From: Pirellulaceae bacterium
GTDB taxonomy: Bacteria > Planctomycetota > Planctomycetia > Pirellulales > Pirellulaceae
Assembly: GCA_041752775.1 (NCBI GenBank)
Contig: JBGSVU010000821.1
Coordinates: 1-30,211, forward strand
Reading direction: 5' to 3'
Length of the DNA stretch: 30,211 nucleotides
Positions 1-8,612 of the stretch are shown here, piece by piece; the first letter of the stretch is position 1, and each line of letters begins with the position of its first letter. Under the pieces are notes generated by a model. The model made no database searches. It saw only the letters and a program-made list of their open reading frames with translations, and was not told the origin of the DNA. Both the position numbers and the translations under genes were made by a program.

Positions 1-1677
1 TTCCAGCAACCGGCCAATTTCCTGTTGACGCAGCAAATCCGACTCCAGTGAGGGAACCAGCGCAAGTTGCAGGGTCATTCTGGGATCGAGCGTTCCGGAT
101 TTCCGCAACTGGTCCAGCTTTTCCTGAGTCTGTTGCAATTCCGTCTGGTTCCGCGCCCAGGCCAGTTCCAGCTCTTCGTTGTGCAGTCGCGCGAGCAGGT
201 CGCCTGCCCGGACACTCGTTCCGGCGACCGGCGCCATCTCGACCAGCCGTCCGGGTTCGGTCGCATAAACGGTCTCGATCGTCCGCGGCATCAGGATCAC
301 ATCGCAACGGAGGTAATGCGGGAACGGCACCAGCATCAGGGCCCCGACCAGGCCCACCAAAATCGCTGACACAGTCGCAAAACGGCGGGGTTTGATTTGC
401 ATGATTCTTCCAGGCACCGAGAAATACTTGTAAAGTTTGTACGCGGGAAAAACCAGCATCCCGCCGGCGGCGAACCAGGCGATCCCCTTGCCCACCGATT
501 CCAGCCCATACGGCCGCAACCAGCGGGTCAGAAACAGCAGAATCGAGATCATGATCAGCCATTTGTAGGTCGTCGATGCAACCGTAAACATCGCAAAAGA
601 AACCATCCTGTTTCGCGGCAACATCGGATCGTCGGGCATCTCCAGCCCCAGCCAGTGCCGGCCCATCAGCGTCGTCAGCGACTGCGTCGATTTCTGCTGC
701 AGGTTGGGAATCTCCAGGATGTCACTCAGGATGTAATAGCCGTCAAAGCGGAGCAGCGGATTGCCATTGAAAATCACCGTGCTGACCGACGCCACCAGCA
801 TGAACTGCAAACAGATTTCCTGAACCATGCCCGATGAGGCAAACCACCAGACAAAGGTGGCGACCGTGGCGATAATGATCTCAAAATACATCCCCGCGGC
901 GCCAATCGTGGCCCGGTGCCATTTGTTGGGCAGACGCCAGCTGTCCGAAACATTGCAGTACAGACAGGGCGTCATGACCAGCAGCATGAAGCCGATTTCA
1001 TGGCACTCGCCGCCAAACCGTTTGCACGACAACCCGTGGCCAAACTCGTGAATGACTTTGGAAATTGCAATCACAATCCCGAACATCAGCCAGCGGCGAA
1101 CGTCGAAGAACTGGTCAAAACCTGGCAGCCGCGCCGAAAACTCGCTCCAGTTGACCACCACCGACATCAGCGCCACAAAGGCCATGATCCCGAAAAAAAT
1201 CGCAGCCGGTTTCGTGAACATCCACGCCGTCCAGCGATTCATCCAATTCAACAGTCGCTCCGGATCGACGCCGCGAAAACGGACGGCCAGAATGTTGCTG
1301 AAGGTCTGCAACCGTTCCATCCCGCGGGCCTTGCGGCCCCGCCGCAGCAATTCGCTGCCCTGCCCCGCCGCATCACTGATCACCAGCCCGTCGCGATGAA
1401 AACGCTGCAACAGGCTGTGCAGCTGCTCCTGCGACAGCCGCTTGGGAGAAAACTGGTCGTGGTAGTTTTCCAGAATCTCGTGGACACTGCGCAGCCCGTT
1501 CAGCTGTTCCAGCAAAAAAAACACATGGGGCGGAAACTGGTAAAACTTCTGGCCCAGGGGTTCCTTGACGACCCAGTATTCCACGCCCTGCCAGTGCTGC
1601 CGGTTGCAGACCAGGTCCGGGCGCCGCCGCAACCGGATCGGAGTCTGGTTGGTCGGTTGGGGTGCTACAGTTGACAT
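1..1677 (-). CDS. Site-2 protease (peptidase M50) fused to an N-terminal PqqD/RRE-like domain and a C-terminal HlyD-type membrane-fusion region; 3' end runs off the window
   Basis: Hand-translated and absent from the ORF track because there is no stop in the window. ATG at 1677 (MSTVAPQPTNQTPIRLRRRPDL...), frame open to base 1. Zinc motif HEFGH at 1036-1050, M50 motif NGNPLLRFDG at 739-768, several hydrophobic helices, then VYATEPGRLVEMAPVAGTSVRAGDLLARL (lipoyl half-motif) and a coiled coil. Confidence 0.9.
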   Translation of the reverse strand, partial: MSTVAPQPTNQTPIRLRRRPDLVCNRQHWQGVEYWVVKEPLGQKFYQFPPHVFFLLEQLNGLRSVHEILENYHDQFSPKRLSQEQLHSLLQRFHRDGLVISDAAGQGSELLRRGRKARGMERLQTFSNILAVRFRGVDPERLLNWMNRWTAWMFTKPAAIFFGIMAFVALMSVVVNWSEFSARLPGFDQFFDVRRWLMFGIVIAISKVIHEFGHGLSCKRFGGECHEIGFMLLVMTPCLYCNVSDSWRLPNKWHRATIGAAGMYFEIIIATVATFVWWFASSGMVQEICLQFMLVASVSTVIFNGNPLLRFDGYYILSDILEIPNLQQKSTQSLTTLMGRHWLGLEMPDDPMLPRNRMVSFAMFTVASTTYKWLIMISILLFLTRWLRPYGLESVGKGIAWFAAGGMLVFPAYKLYKYFSVPGRIMQIKPRRFATVSAILVGLVGALMLVPFPHYLRCDVILMPRTIETVYATEPGRLVEMAPVAGTSVRAGDLLARLHNEELELAWARNQTELQQTQEKLDQLRKSGTLDPRMTLQLALVPSLESDLLRQQEIGRLLE

Positions 1678-1694
1678 GGGCCAGCGAACCTGAA

Positions 1695-3740
1695 CTAGAA
1701 CAGAACTTGCGTACGCACGAAATCGATGACCTGATAAAACCAGACAAACCCTGCAGCGCGACTGCCGCATTCGACCCGGACCGTCACCCCGGCGCCAGGC
1801 TGGGGATGGTCGATCAGCGTCTTGTCCATTTCGACAATCGCGCGAAACACTGTCTGTCCGTCACCAGTCGGCTCGGCCCGGTCGGAAATGCGGACCAGCC
1901 TGCCAGGAATTCTGCGGTTGGGATCGGTTGCCAGAATCATTTCCGTCGTCAGCTGTGCGCCATTTTTTTTCTGCAGGGCATCCTGAATGTAGCCCACGCG
2001 ATTCTGCGGGATCATCAGTTCGACCTGCCAGGGACCGTCGAGGTCGGCGAGTGTCAGCAGGGGCTGGTTGGCAGCGACCGGCAGATTCTCCAGCCTCCGT
2101 TTGGCATCCCAGGTCATGACCGTGCCGGAAATCGGCGCGTGAATCGCCAGCAGCTCCATCTGTTTCTGGGTTACCTCCAGTTGTTCGAGGTAACCCGTTT
2201 TCTGGATTTGCAGCTGTTCCAGGTTGGCGGTCATTTCGAATCGTTCGGATTCCGGAATGTCGCGGCGACTGTTCAGTTGACGCGTCAGACTGCGCCACTG
2301 TTCATCCGCCGTCCGGACCTGGCTTTCCAGTTCCAGCGACTTCATCTTCAATTCCTGGGATGTCAGCTGCACGACCAGTGCATCCTTTTCGACGTATTCG
2401 TTGTGGTCGAATTTGACCTGGTCGATCACGCCGTCGATTCCGGTAAACAGGTTCCGTCGCACGGTTGGCTGCAACACGCCATCGACACGCATTTTCAGTT
2501 CCAGCGGCCAGAAGCTGAGGAACAGGGTCACCAGCGTCAGCGCGACGGCTGCGGCAATGGTTTTTCGCAGGGCATCCCCCAGCAGCAGGCGGCGCAGGCG
2601 TCCGAGAGTCCGCCAGAGCGGCATCAGAAACACAGCGTCTTCGTCCAGCGATCGGGCCATGCCGATCCGCGCATGTTCGGTCGACAGCAGCAGGTCTTCG
2701 TGAATGCGGCTTTGGGGCATTTCCTGGTCGAAGTATTCCACGATTAGGGCTCCGCAAGGCCGGCCCTGTCGCATCTTCGGTCGCCGTTCGAGACTGACAG
2801 CGGAACTGTCGCTGGCCGGGTCGCTGGTTTTCAGCGGCAGAATTGCCAGGGTTCGCGAATGGGATTCCTCCAGATACTCATTGATGATGTTGGCCAGACT
2901 GGGCGAAAGGTTGCTGGTGTCGCCACAGATCCAGAGCGTTTCGTCGGTCCGGATTGCGGAATCGGCGATCCGCGCCAGCATTCGCACGACGTTCGCCCGG
3001 TTGTCAAATTTGTCCTGGCTGCTGATCGCCTCGATGCGACTGTGCCGTCCGTTCCATGCCGCCACGCTGACCCGGTCAGCGTCCAGCAGACGACGCGTTT
3101 CGTTGGCGACCGCATAGGCCGTATCGCGGACTCCCCGGGCCTTGTGGACTTCACGGGCCAAATCCATCCGTTGCGACCAGCGGTCCTGGGAATCGTTCAG
3201 CGTTCTCAGGTCCTGTTGCTCGTGCCAGCGCGAGAACAGCCCGGACAACTGCTGCAAAAAACGAAGGTACCCGTCGCGCGATGATTCGCTGATCCCGCTC
3301 CGTTGCAGCAGTTCCAGCATGCCCCAGACCCGGTTTCGCCGGTCCACAATCGGCACGATCATCAGCAAAATGTCCCGGTTGCCTTCTCCCGGGCTGTCTT
3401 CGTCCGACAGTCCAATCGTGGACGCCTGGATTGCCATCGGTTCACCCCGTCCGGCAATCTCCCGCATCAGGTCGCGGTGCGTTTCGTGACCCGCCGGAAT
3501 CTCCCGACAGCGGTCACCCAGCGAACTGAACTGGCGAAAACCGGTTTCTGGTTCGAATCGCCAGACTATACTTCCGTAGGCACCGGTCAACGGCACCATG
3601 CGTTGCAACATCGCCTGGCAAAACTGTTCGAGCGGAATTTCATGGCGCGAAAGTTCCCGCAACTGGTCGAAAGCCTGCCGGACCTGCTGGCGAACTTGTT
3701 CGGGTGACGCGGAGGACTGTTGTGTGGAACCAGATGACAT
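1695..3740 (-). CDS. GAF-domain-containing HlyD/efflux membrane-fusion (periplasmic adaptor) protein, 681 aa
   Basis: Two GAF-like N-terminal segments (e.g. AYAVANETRRLLDADRVSVA), one TM helix (AAAVALTLVTLFLSFWPL), lipoyl half-motifs (NLFTGIDGVIDQV...; AIHAPISGTVMT) around a coiled coil, and a beta-barrel C-terminus. Ends 17 bp upstream of the M50 gene. Confidence 0.85.
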   Translation of the reverse strand: MSSGSTQQSSASPEQVRQQVRQAFDQLRELSRHEIPLEQFCQAMLQRMVPLTGAYGSIVWRFEPETGFRQFSSLGDRCREIPAGHETHRDLMREIAGRGEPMAIQASTIGLSDEDSPGEGNRDILLMIVPIVDRRNRVWGMLELLQRSGISESSRDGYLRFLQQLSGLFSRWHEQQDLRTLNDSQDRWSQRMDLAREVHKARGVRDTAYAVANETRRLLDADRVSVAAWNGRHSRIEAISSQDKFDNRANVVRMLARIADSAIRTDETLWICGDTSNLSPSLANIINEYLEESHSRTLAILPLKTSDPASDSSAVSLERRPKMRQGRPCGALIVEYFDQEMPQSRIHEDLLLSTEHARIGMARSLDEDAVFLMPLWRTLGRLRRLLLGDALRKTIAAAVALTLVTLFLSFWPLELKMRVDGVLQPTVRRNLFTGIDGVIDQVKFDHNEYVEKDALVVQLTSQELKMKSLELESQVRTADEQWRSLTRQLNSRRDIPESERFEMTANLEQLQIQKTGYLEQLEVTQKQMELLAIHAPISGTVMTWDAKRRLENLPVAANQPLLTLADLDGPWQVELMIPQNRVGYIQDALQKKNGAQLTTEMILATDPNRRIPGRLVRISDRAEPTGDGQTVFRAIVEMDKTLIDHPQPGAGVTVRVECGSRAAGFVWFYQVIDFVRTQVLF

Positions 3741-3852
3741 ATTGCAGTTGGAAGTTGGAAACAGGAAACAGGTAAACGCTCCATCACATCGACAGTCCTG
3801 AAAAGGGATTCCCGGCCGGGTGAGGTTTCCGGCGTCCCATTTTCAAATTGGC

Positions 3853-3885
3853 AACCCGCTCAGGCGGTGGCGGGTTTCGTTTTTT
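3853..3885. terminator. Possible stem-loop/terminator-like element
   Basis: aacccgc (3853-3859) / gcgggtt (3870-3876) 7-bp stem followed by tcgtttttt on the + strand; no + strand gene directly upstream, so the role is unclear. Confidence 0.25.
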
Positions 3886-4029
3886 GCGATCCGGCGGGAT
3901 TCCCTGACTGCCTTCATTCCCGGATTCTGCCGGCTGGTGGAACACTGACTGCTGAGGTTCAACGTCAGGATCAGAACCTCGCCGGGCTCCAGTGTCTTGT
4001 CCAGATTAAGTCTTGGGGTTGTGGTGAAT

Positions 4030-4093
4030 GTACGATGGACGTCCTCGTCCGTCGTATTTCACAGTTTTCGACGGACGAGGACGTCCATCGTAC
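4030..4093. repeat. REP doublet (REPIN-like) copy 1, minimal 64-bp form
   Basis: Perfect 25-bp inverted repeat gtacgatggacgtcctcgtccgtcg (4030-4054) / cgacggacgaggacgtccatcgtac (4069-4093) with a 14-nt loop. Each arm is GTAC plus its own hairpin (GATGGACG-TCCT-CGTCCGTC). Lies 25 nt downstream of the secA-paralogue stop. Confidence 0.93.
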
Positions 4094-4118
4094 CCTAATT
4101 CCTGAGCTGGACAGGCCA

Positions 4119-5984
4119 CTAGTCCGGATGGTCCAGGACCGGGTCCAGTCCCATTTCCCGCTGGGTCTTCATCATTGCCTTTTCATTATACATGAGTGAT
4201 TTGCGCGCGCGGAAATGTCGCCGCTCGACTTTGCGCTGTGCGCGGGTCATCAGGTCAGCCCACCAGGAATCTGGGCGGGCTTTGCCGGTTGTGCGAAGTC
4301 TGGCGGCGCGGGCAGACCCAAAAGCCACATCCAGCAACTGGTCCTCATGGGAAATATGCTGGTGGACAGTTCCCGGATCACCCTGCCGGCCGCACCGTCC
4401 GAACAACTGCCGGTCGATACGGGCCGACTCGTGCAGCTCGCTGCCAATGACATACAGTCCACCGAGTGCGCGGACTTCGTCGTCCAGCCGGATATCGGTA
4501 CCGCGCCCCGCCATGTTGGTGGCCACCGTTACGCGCCCCATCTGACCGGCGGTCGCCACAATCTCGGCTTCCCGTTCGATCTGGTTGGCATTCAGCACGC
4601 TGTGCGGAATCTCCATCAGGGTCAGACGGTCGCTCAGAACCTGGCTGCCGGCAATCGAACGCGTGCCCACTAGCAGGGGTCTGCCCGTGGCGTGAATGTC
4701 GCGAACCTCTCCGGCGATGCGGTCCCATTTTTCTTCTGCGGTGGTCGATACGGTCGTCGGCAGGGTCGTGACATTGGGTGGTTTGTTGGGCGGAATCACC
4801 GCGACGGGAGTACGGTAGACGCTGCGGAATTCACGTGCCGACGAACTGGCGGTGCCGGTCATGCCGGCGATCAGGGCAAACCGGTTGACAAAGGCCTGGA
4901 CCGTAACGCGGGCGAGGTTGCGGGTTTCGTGTTGAATGGGAACGCCGGCGGCTGCTTCAACGGCCTGGTGAATGCCACGACACCAGCGGCGGCCTTCGGC
5001 CACGCGCCCCGTCGATTCGTCCACGATCACAACTTCTTCTTTGCGGACAATGTACTGCACATCCCGTTTGTAGTCGCGCCCCACCATGATGGCGCGCTCC
5101 ATGGCTTCGTACAGCTCCACGAGGCTGACGCCATCGAGGGCTGGCGGGTGCTGAATGCGGCGAACCAGTTCGGTGCCGTAATTGGTCAAATCGACTATGC
5201 GTTTTTCGCGGTCATAAAAGTAATGTTCGTCTTCGACAAACCGTCCGGCGTTTTCGGCGGACCAGCGGTAAACGGCTTCGGCCCGTTTGGCCATTTCGGC
5301 ATCGGCCGGTGCGCTGATGATCAGCGGCGTTCGGGCATCATCAATCAGAATGCTGTCGGCTTCGTCGACCAGCAGAAAAAAAGGCTCACGTTGCACGATG
5401 GCGGGCTGGTTCTCGCCCGCTGCGGCACCAAACCACGCCGAATTCTGGCCGGACTGTTTTTTCGCGCTGTGATCGCGAAGAAAATCAAAGCCGAACTCTT
5501 TCAGCGTTCCATAGGTCACATCGGTGGCGTAAGCCTGGACCCGCTGTTGGGGCGTCATCCCTTCGACGACCACACCAACCCGCAATCCGAGCAATTCGAA
5601 AATGGGCCGCATCCACTCCGCGTCGCGTTTGGCGAGATAGTCGTTGACCGTCGCCAACAGGGCTCCGCGCCGCATCAGCGCCACGGTCACCAGAGGCAGC
5701 ACGGCGGTCAGCGTCTTGCCTTCGCCCGTTCGCATCTCGGCGATCTGTCCGTTGACCATCGCCTGTCCGCCGATCAGCTGGACGGGAAAATGGGCCATGG
5801 ACAGCGTGCGTTGCGAGGCGATCTTTGCCAACGCAAAAACCTGGGGAATGATCAGACTGAATTTCTGGTGTTCGCGCAACGCGTGGCCCAGTTCGCGAAT
5901 CCGGCTGCGCATTTCTTCCGTGCTGTCCTGGTCGTAAAGAGCGGACAGGCGGTCGACTTCAGAAATCAGCCTGGATGCCAGCAT
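4119..5984 (-). CDS. secA: Secondary, C-terminally truncated SecA-family ATPase (about 621 aa)
   Basis: SecA motifs MRTGEGKT, TVNDYLAKRD, VDEADSILIDDARTPLIIS, GMTGTA, VATNMAGRGTDI and RIDRQLFGRCGRQGDPG; preprotein-binding segment present; ends shortly into the scaffold helix. Start placed at ATG 5984 (MLASRL) rather than 6059. Confidence 0.92.
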   Translation of the reverse strand: MLASRLISEVDRLSALYDQDSTEEMRSRIRELGHALREHQKFSLIIPQVFALAKIASQRTLSMAHFPVQLIGGQAMVNGQIAEMRTGEGKTLTAVLPLVTVALMRRGALLATVNDYLAKRDAEWMRPIFELLGLRVGVVVEGMTPQQRVQAYATDVTYGTLKEFGFDFLRDHSAKKQSGQNSAWFGAAAGENQPAIVQREPFFLLVDEADSILIDDARTPLIISAPADAEMAKRAEAVYRWSAENAGRFVEDEHYFYDREKRIVDLTNYGTELVRRIQHPPALDGVSLVELYEAMERAIMVGRDYKRDVQYIVRKEEVVIVDESTGRVAEGRRWCRGIHQAVEAAAGVPIQHETRNLARVTVQAFVNRFALIAGMTGTASSSAREFRSVYRTPVAVIPPNKPPNVTTLPTTVSTTAEEKWDRIAGEVRDIHATGRPLLVGTRSIAGSQVLSDRLTLMEIPHSVLNANQIEREAEIVATAGQMGRVTVATNMAGRGTDIRLDDEVRALGGLYVIGSELHESARIDRQLFGRCGRQGDPGTVHQHISHEDQLLDVAFGSARAARLRTTGKARPDSWWADLMTRAQRKVERRHFRARKSLMYNEKAMMKTQREMGLDPVLDHPD

Positions 5985-6338
5985 GGTGCTTGCAGAACGT
6001 GTGAATTCGGACAGGAGTACAGGGCCCGCGAACAGGGCGAGTGGAGGGCTGCCCTTCATTATTTCGCGGATTTCTCCCGGTGCCAGCAGTAAAAGGGCGA
6101 GATTGGCAAAAGGTTGCCGGGAGTCGCCGGGAATCGGAGCGACTTTGCCGGACAGGCAGGTTGCAGCGGCAGGGGGGCGGAAAGTCCGGATTCCCTGTTG
6201 CTGGCAAATCGCGATCTTTCTACGATCCGGCAGCCAGCACGTCCGGGCCGCGGCTGGCTGGCAGCGATACGGATGTTCGCGCGTTGGGGATCAGCGGACT
6301 GCGACAGCCCTTTGTCGTTTTTCAACACGTTGTTTTGC

Positions 6339-6857
6339 ATGGTTGATTTTGAATTCCGACGACCGACCCGGCAATGCACGATTGAAAATCGACCTTTGAT
6401 GCCGGGCGAAGACTTTTACTCGGCGCTGGTCGAGCGGGACGATGGAGAACTGGAACGCATCGATATTTCGGCCAGTGCCTGGACTGGACCGCCGGAAGGG
6501 TGCGCCGGATGGTGGCGCTCTCGCGTTCCGGAACTGGAAAAAGGAAAGGTCTACTGGGCGCCGCCCGACGTTCTGCTGGCCTTTTTCGAACATGCCATCG
6601 CCCACAAACAGAATGAAATCGCTTGTGTGACCGCCCTGTTGCTGATGCGGAAGCGGCTGGTCACCTGGAAAGAAACACAGGCCACGGAACAGGGTTCGGA
6701 AATGCTGCTTGTCTGCCCCCGCAACCAGACGGATTACCGGATCCCCGAATGCGAGCTGACCCCGGACCAAATCGGGGTGATCCAGGCAGAGCTGGGTGAA
6801 AAACTGTTTACCGACGTGGCCGAACCGGAAATCGATACCGGAGAATTGGCTGAATGA
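6339..6857 (+). CDS. Hypothetical protein (about 172 aa)
   Basis: Protein-like sequence from ATG 6339 (MVDFEFRRPTRQC...); the upstream extension to 6114 looks non-coding. Stop overlaps the next start (ATGA, 6854-6857), suggesting translational coupling. Confidence 0.7.
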   Translation: MVDFEFRRPTRQCTIENRPLMPGEDFYSALVERDDGELERIDISASAWTGPPEGCAGWWRSRVPELEKGKVYWAPPDVLLAFFEHAIAHKQNEIACVTALLLMRKRLVTWKETQATEQGSEMLLVCPRNQTDYRIPECELTPDQIGVIQAELGEKLFTDVAEPEIDTGELAE

Positions 6858-7846
6858 TTCAGCAACGGACCGAGATGCGAAACCGGATAGTGCGCGGCAC
6901 CTGGCCATTTTCGGTGTCGCTGCTGTTGAGCGGTGCGCTGCTGTTGCTGGTGCTGACCGGCAGTGGCTGTCAGGTGATGCGGCAATTCCGGCCCACGGCG
7001 CGCGACGTGTTGCCTGCCGCAACCGTGGGCCCGTCCGCAACACTGGATGAAATCCTGACCAGCCTGAATGCCCGCACTTCAAAAGTTCGACAGGTAAAAA
7101 CCTCGGTTCGCGTGGCGACGGCGGGATTGCCGGGCCTGCGAGGCGACCTGCTGGTCGAGCGGCCGAACCGCTTGCGGCTGCAGGCGGGACTGATGGGAAT
7201 GACCGAAGCCGGTTTCGATATCGGCAGCAACGATGAAAGTTTCTGGATCTGGCAAAAGGTCAGCACACCCGGTGAACCGGAAACGTTTTACCACGCGCGG
7301 CACCTCGATTATCAATACAGCCAGTTGCGCCAGGAGCTGCAGCTGCAACCAGCCTGGTTGATCGATGCACTCGGACTGGTCGAGTTCCGGGCCTCGGACC
7401 GGCACGAAGGCCCTTTCCCCCGCGAAGACGGCCGAATCGAAATCCGGTCCTTGTCCAGCACTCCCGGGGCAACCACGGTTCGCAGAACGGTGCTCGACCC
7501 GCGGACACTCGACATCCACCAGCAATCCTTCTACGACGGGCAGGGCCGGCTGGTCGCCTGGCTGAATTCGATTCGCCACGAACCCTACCCCGACAATGGA
7601 ATCAGCCTGCCCCGCCAAATCGAAATTCATGTGGTGCCAGCCGGATCACAGCCCCTGGAACTGACCGTCAACGCGGGGGAGTACTCGATCAACTCGATCT
7701 ACGGCGACCCGGATCGCCTGTGGGTCATGCCGCAGCCGGCCGGTGTTCGGCAAGTCGATTTGTCCCGGGGAACCATGCAGGAACCCGAAATCCAGTCGAC
7801 CGGGCGGCAGTCCTTTCGCACCGATGAACCCTGGCAGTTCCGGTAG
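6854..7846 (+). CDS. Putative lipoprotein, possibly LolA/DUF4292-like fold
   Basis: Basic N-terminus, hydrophobic stretch and lipobox-like TGSGC (Cys39); beta-rich mature part (GDLLVERPNRLRLQA, FDIGSNDESFWIW, LPRQIEI). Fold call is from resemblance only. Confidence 0.7.
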   Translation: MIQQRTEMRNRIVRGTWPFSVSLLLSGALLLLVLTGSGCQVMRQFRPTARDVLPAATVGPSATLDEILTSLNARTSKVRQVKTSVRVATAGLPGLRGDLLVERPNRLRLQAGLMGMTEAGFDIGSNDESFWIWQKVSTPGEPETFYHARHLDYQYSQLRQELQLQPAWLIDALGLVEFRASDRHEGPFPREDGRIEIRSLSSTPGATTVRRTVLDPRTLDIHQQSFYDGQGRLVAWLNSIRHEPYPDNGISLPRQIEIHVVPAGSQPLELTVNAGEYSINSIYGDPDRLWVMPQPAGVRQVDLSRGTMQEPEIQSTGRQSFRTDEPWQFR

Positions 7847-8007
7847 GTACCGACCCGGTAGCCGTTCACGCGCCGAGGTCTGACGCGTTGTTCGGCAGGG
7901 TCATTTACAATTGGACCACCGATGTACCGCCGAGAGACGGGTCTGCCCCCCAAAAACATGGACAATGTGTTAACCACCCGTGAGCGCTTACAAACCAGGT
8001 CGAGCAA

Positions 8008-8036
8008 TTGACGGCAGCGGACCGGATTTCTAGGAT
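8008..8036 (+). promoter_or_regulatory. Candidate sigma70 promoter of the ferredoxin gene
   Basis: TTGACG (8008-8013), 17-bp spacer, TAGGAT (8031-8036); GGAG at 8106-8109 before the ATG at 8120. Confidence 0.55.
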
Positions 8037-8119
8037 TTTAAGCAGAACGTCTGGTTAAAAAAGGAAATCCACCTTTCGGGCCAAACTGGTAAACAACTTT
8101 TTTCTGGAGAATCAACTCG

Positions 8120-8401
8120 ATGACTCATGTGGTGACCAAGGCCTGTGACGGATGCCGTTACACCGATTGCGTCGTGGTCTGTCCCGTGGAATGTTTCTAC
8201 GAGGGCGAAACGATGCTGTACATCAATCCCGACGAGTGCATCGATTGCGAGGCTTGTGTGCCCGAGTGCCCAGTCGAAGCCATTTACCACGAAGACGACG
8301 TGCCCGACGAAATGAAGGACTACATCCAGCTGAACGCCGAGCGTTGCGCCACCAGTCCGAACATCACCGAGCGCAAAAAACCGCTTTGTGAAGACAAGTA
8401 G
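8120..8401 (+). CDS. fdxA: 7Fe-type ([3Fe-4S]/[4Fe-4S]) ferredoxin
   Basis: [14 protein letters not shown] (Cx2Cx4Cx3CP) and [12 protein letters not shown], plus the AIYHEDDVP tail typical of the Azotobacter ferredoxin I family. Confidence 0.93.
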   Translation: MTHVVTKACDGCRYTDCVVVCPVECFYEGETMLYINPDECIDCEACVPECPVEAIYHEDDVPDEMKDYIQLNAERCATSPNITERKKPLCEDK

Positions 8402-8612
8402 GGACGACGCGCAGGATAGCGGCTGGCGGAATCAGCATACCGGCCGCTCCACATTACCGGCCTCCCTGCAATGCCGGACGGGAGTGTGTCGCCAGTCAAA
8501 TGGCGATGCCATTGCCGCCACGCGTTTGGGCGGCGGGAATGGAATCGCAAGGAATTGAATCGTCACCGACATCCGGAAATTGGGCGGGGCCAGACCATTC
8601 TGGAACAAGCGT

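Noticed and set aside
48-1747. Many short ORFs listed in the track over the first 1.7 kb
   Set aside because: All overlap the minus-strand M50/adaptor gene that the track missed.
6114-6338. N-terminal extensions given by the ORF track (also 5985-6059, 15480-15560, 21105-21209, 25067-25195)
   Set aside because: Longest-ORF artefacts; downstream starts fit the family N-termini, signal peptides or ribosome-binding sites better.
8419-8449. Terminator after the ferredoxin gene
   Set aside because: A 9-bp stem with one G-T pair and a 13-nt loop, but no following T tract.
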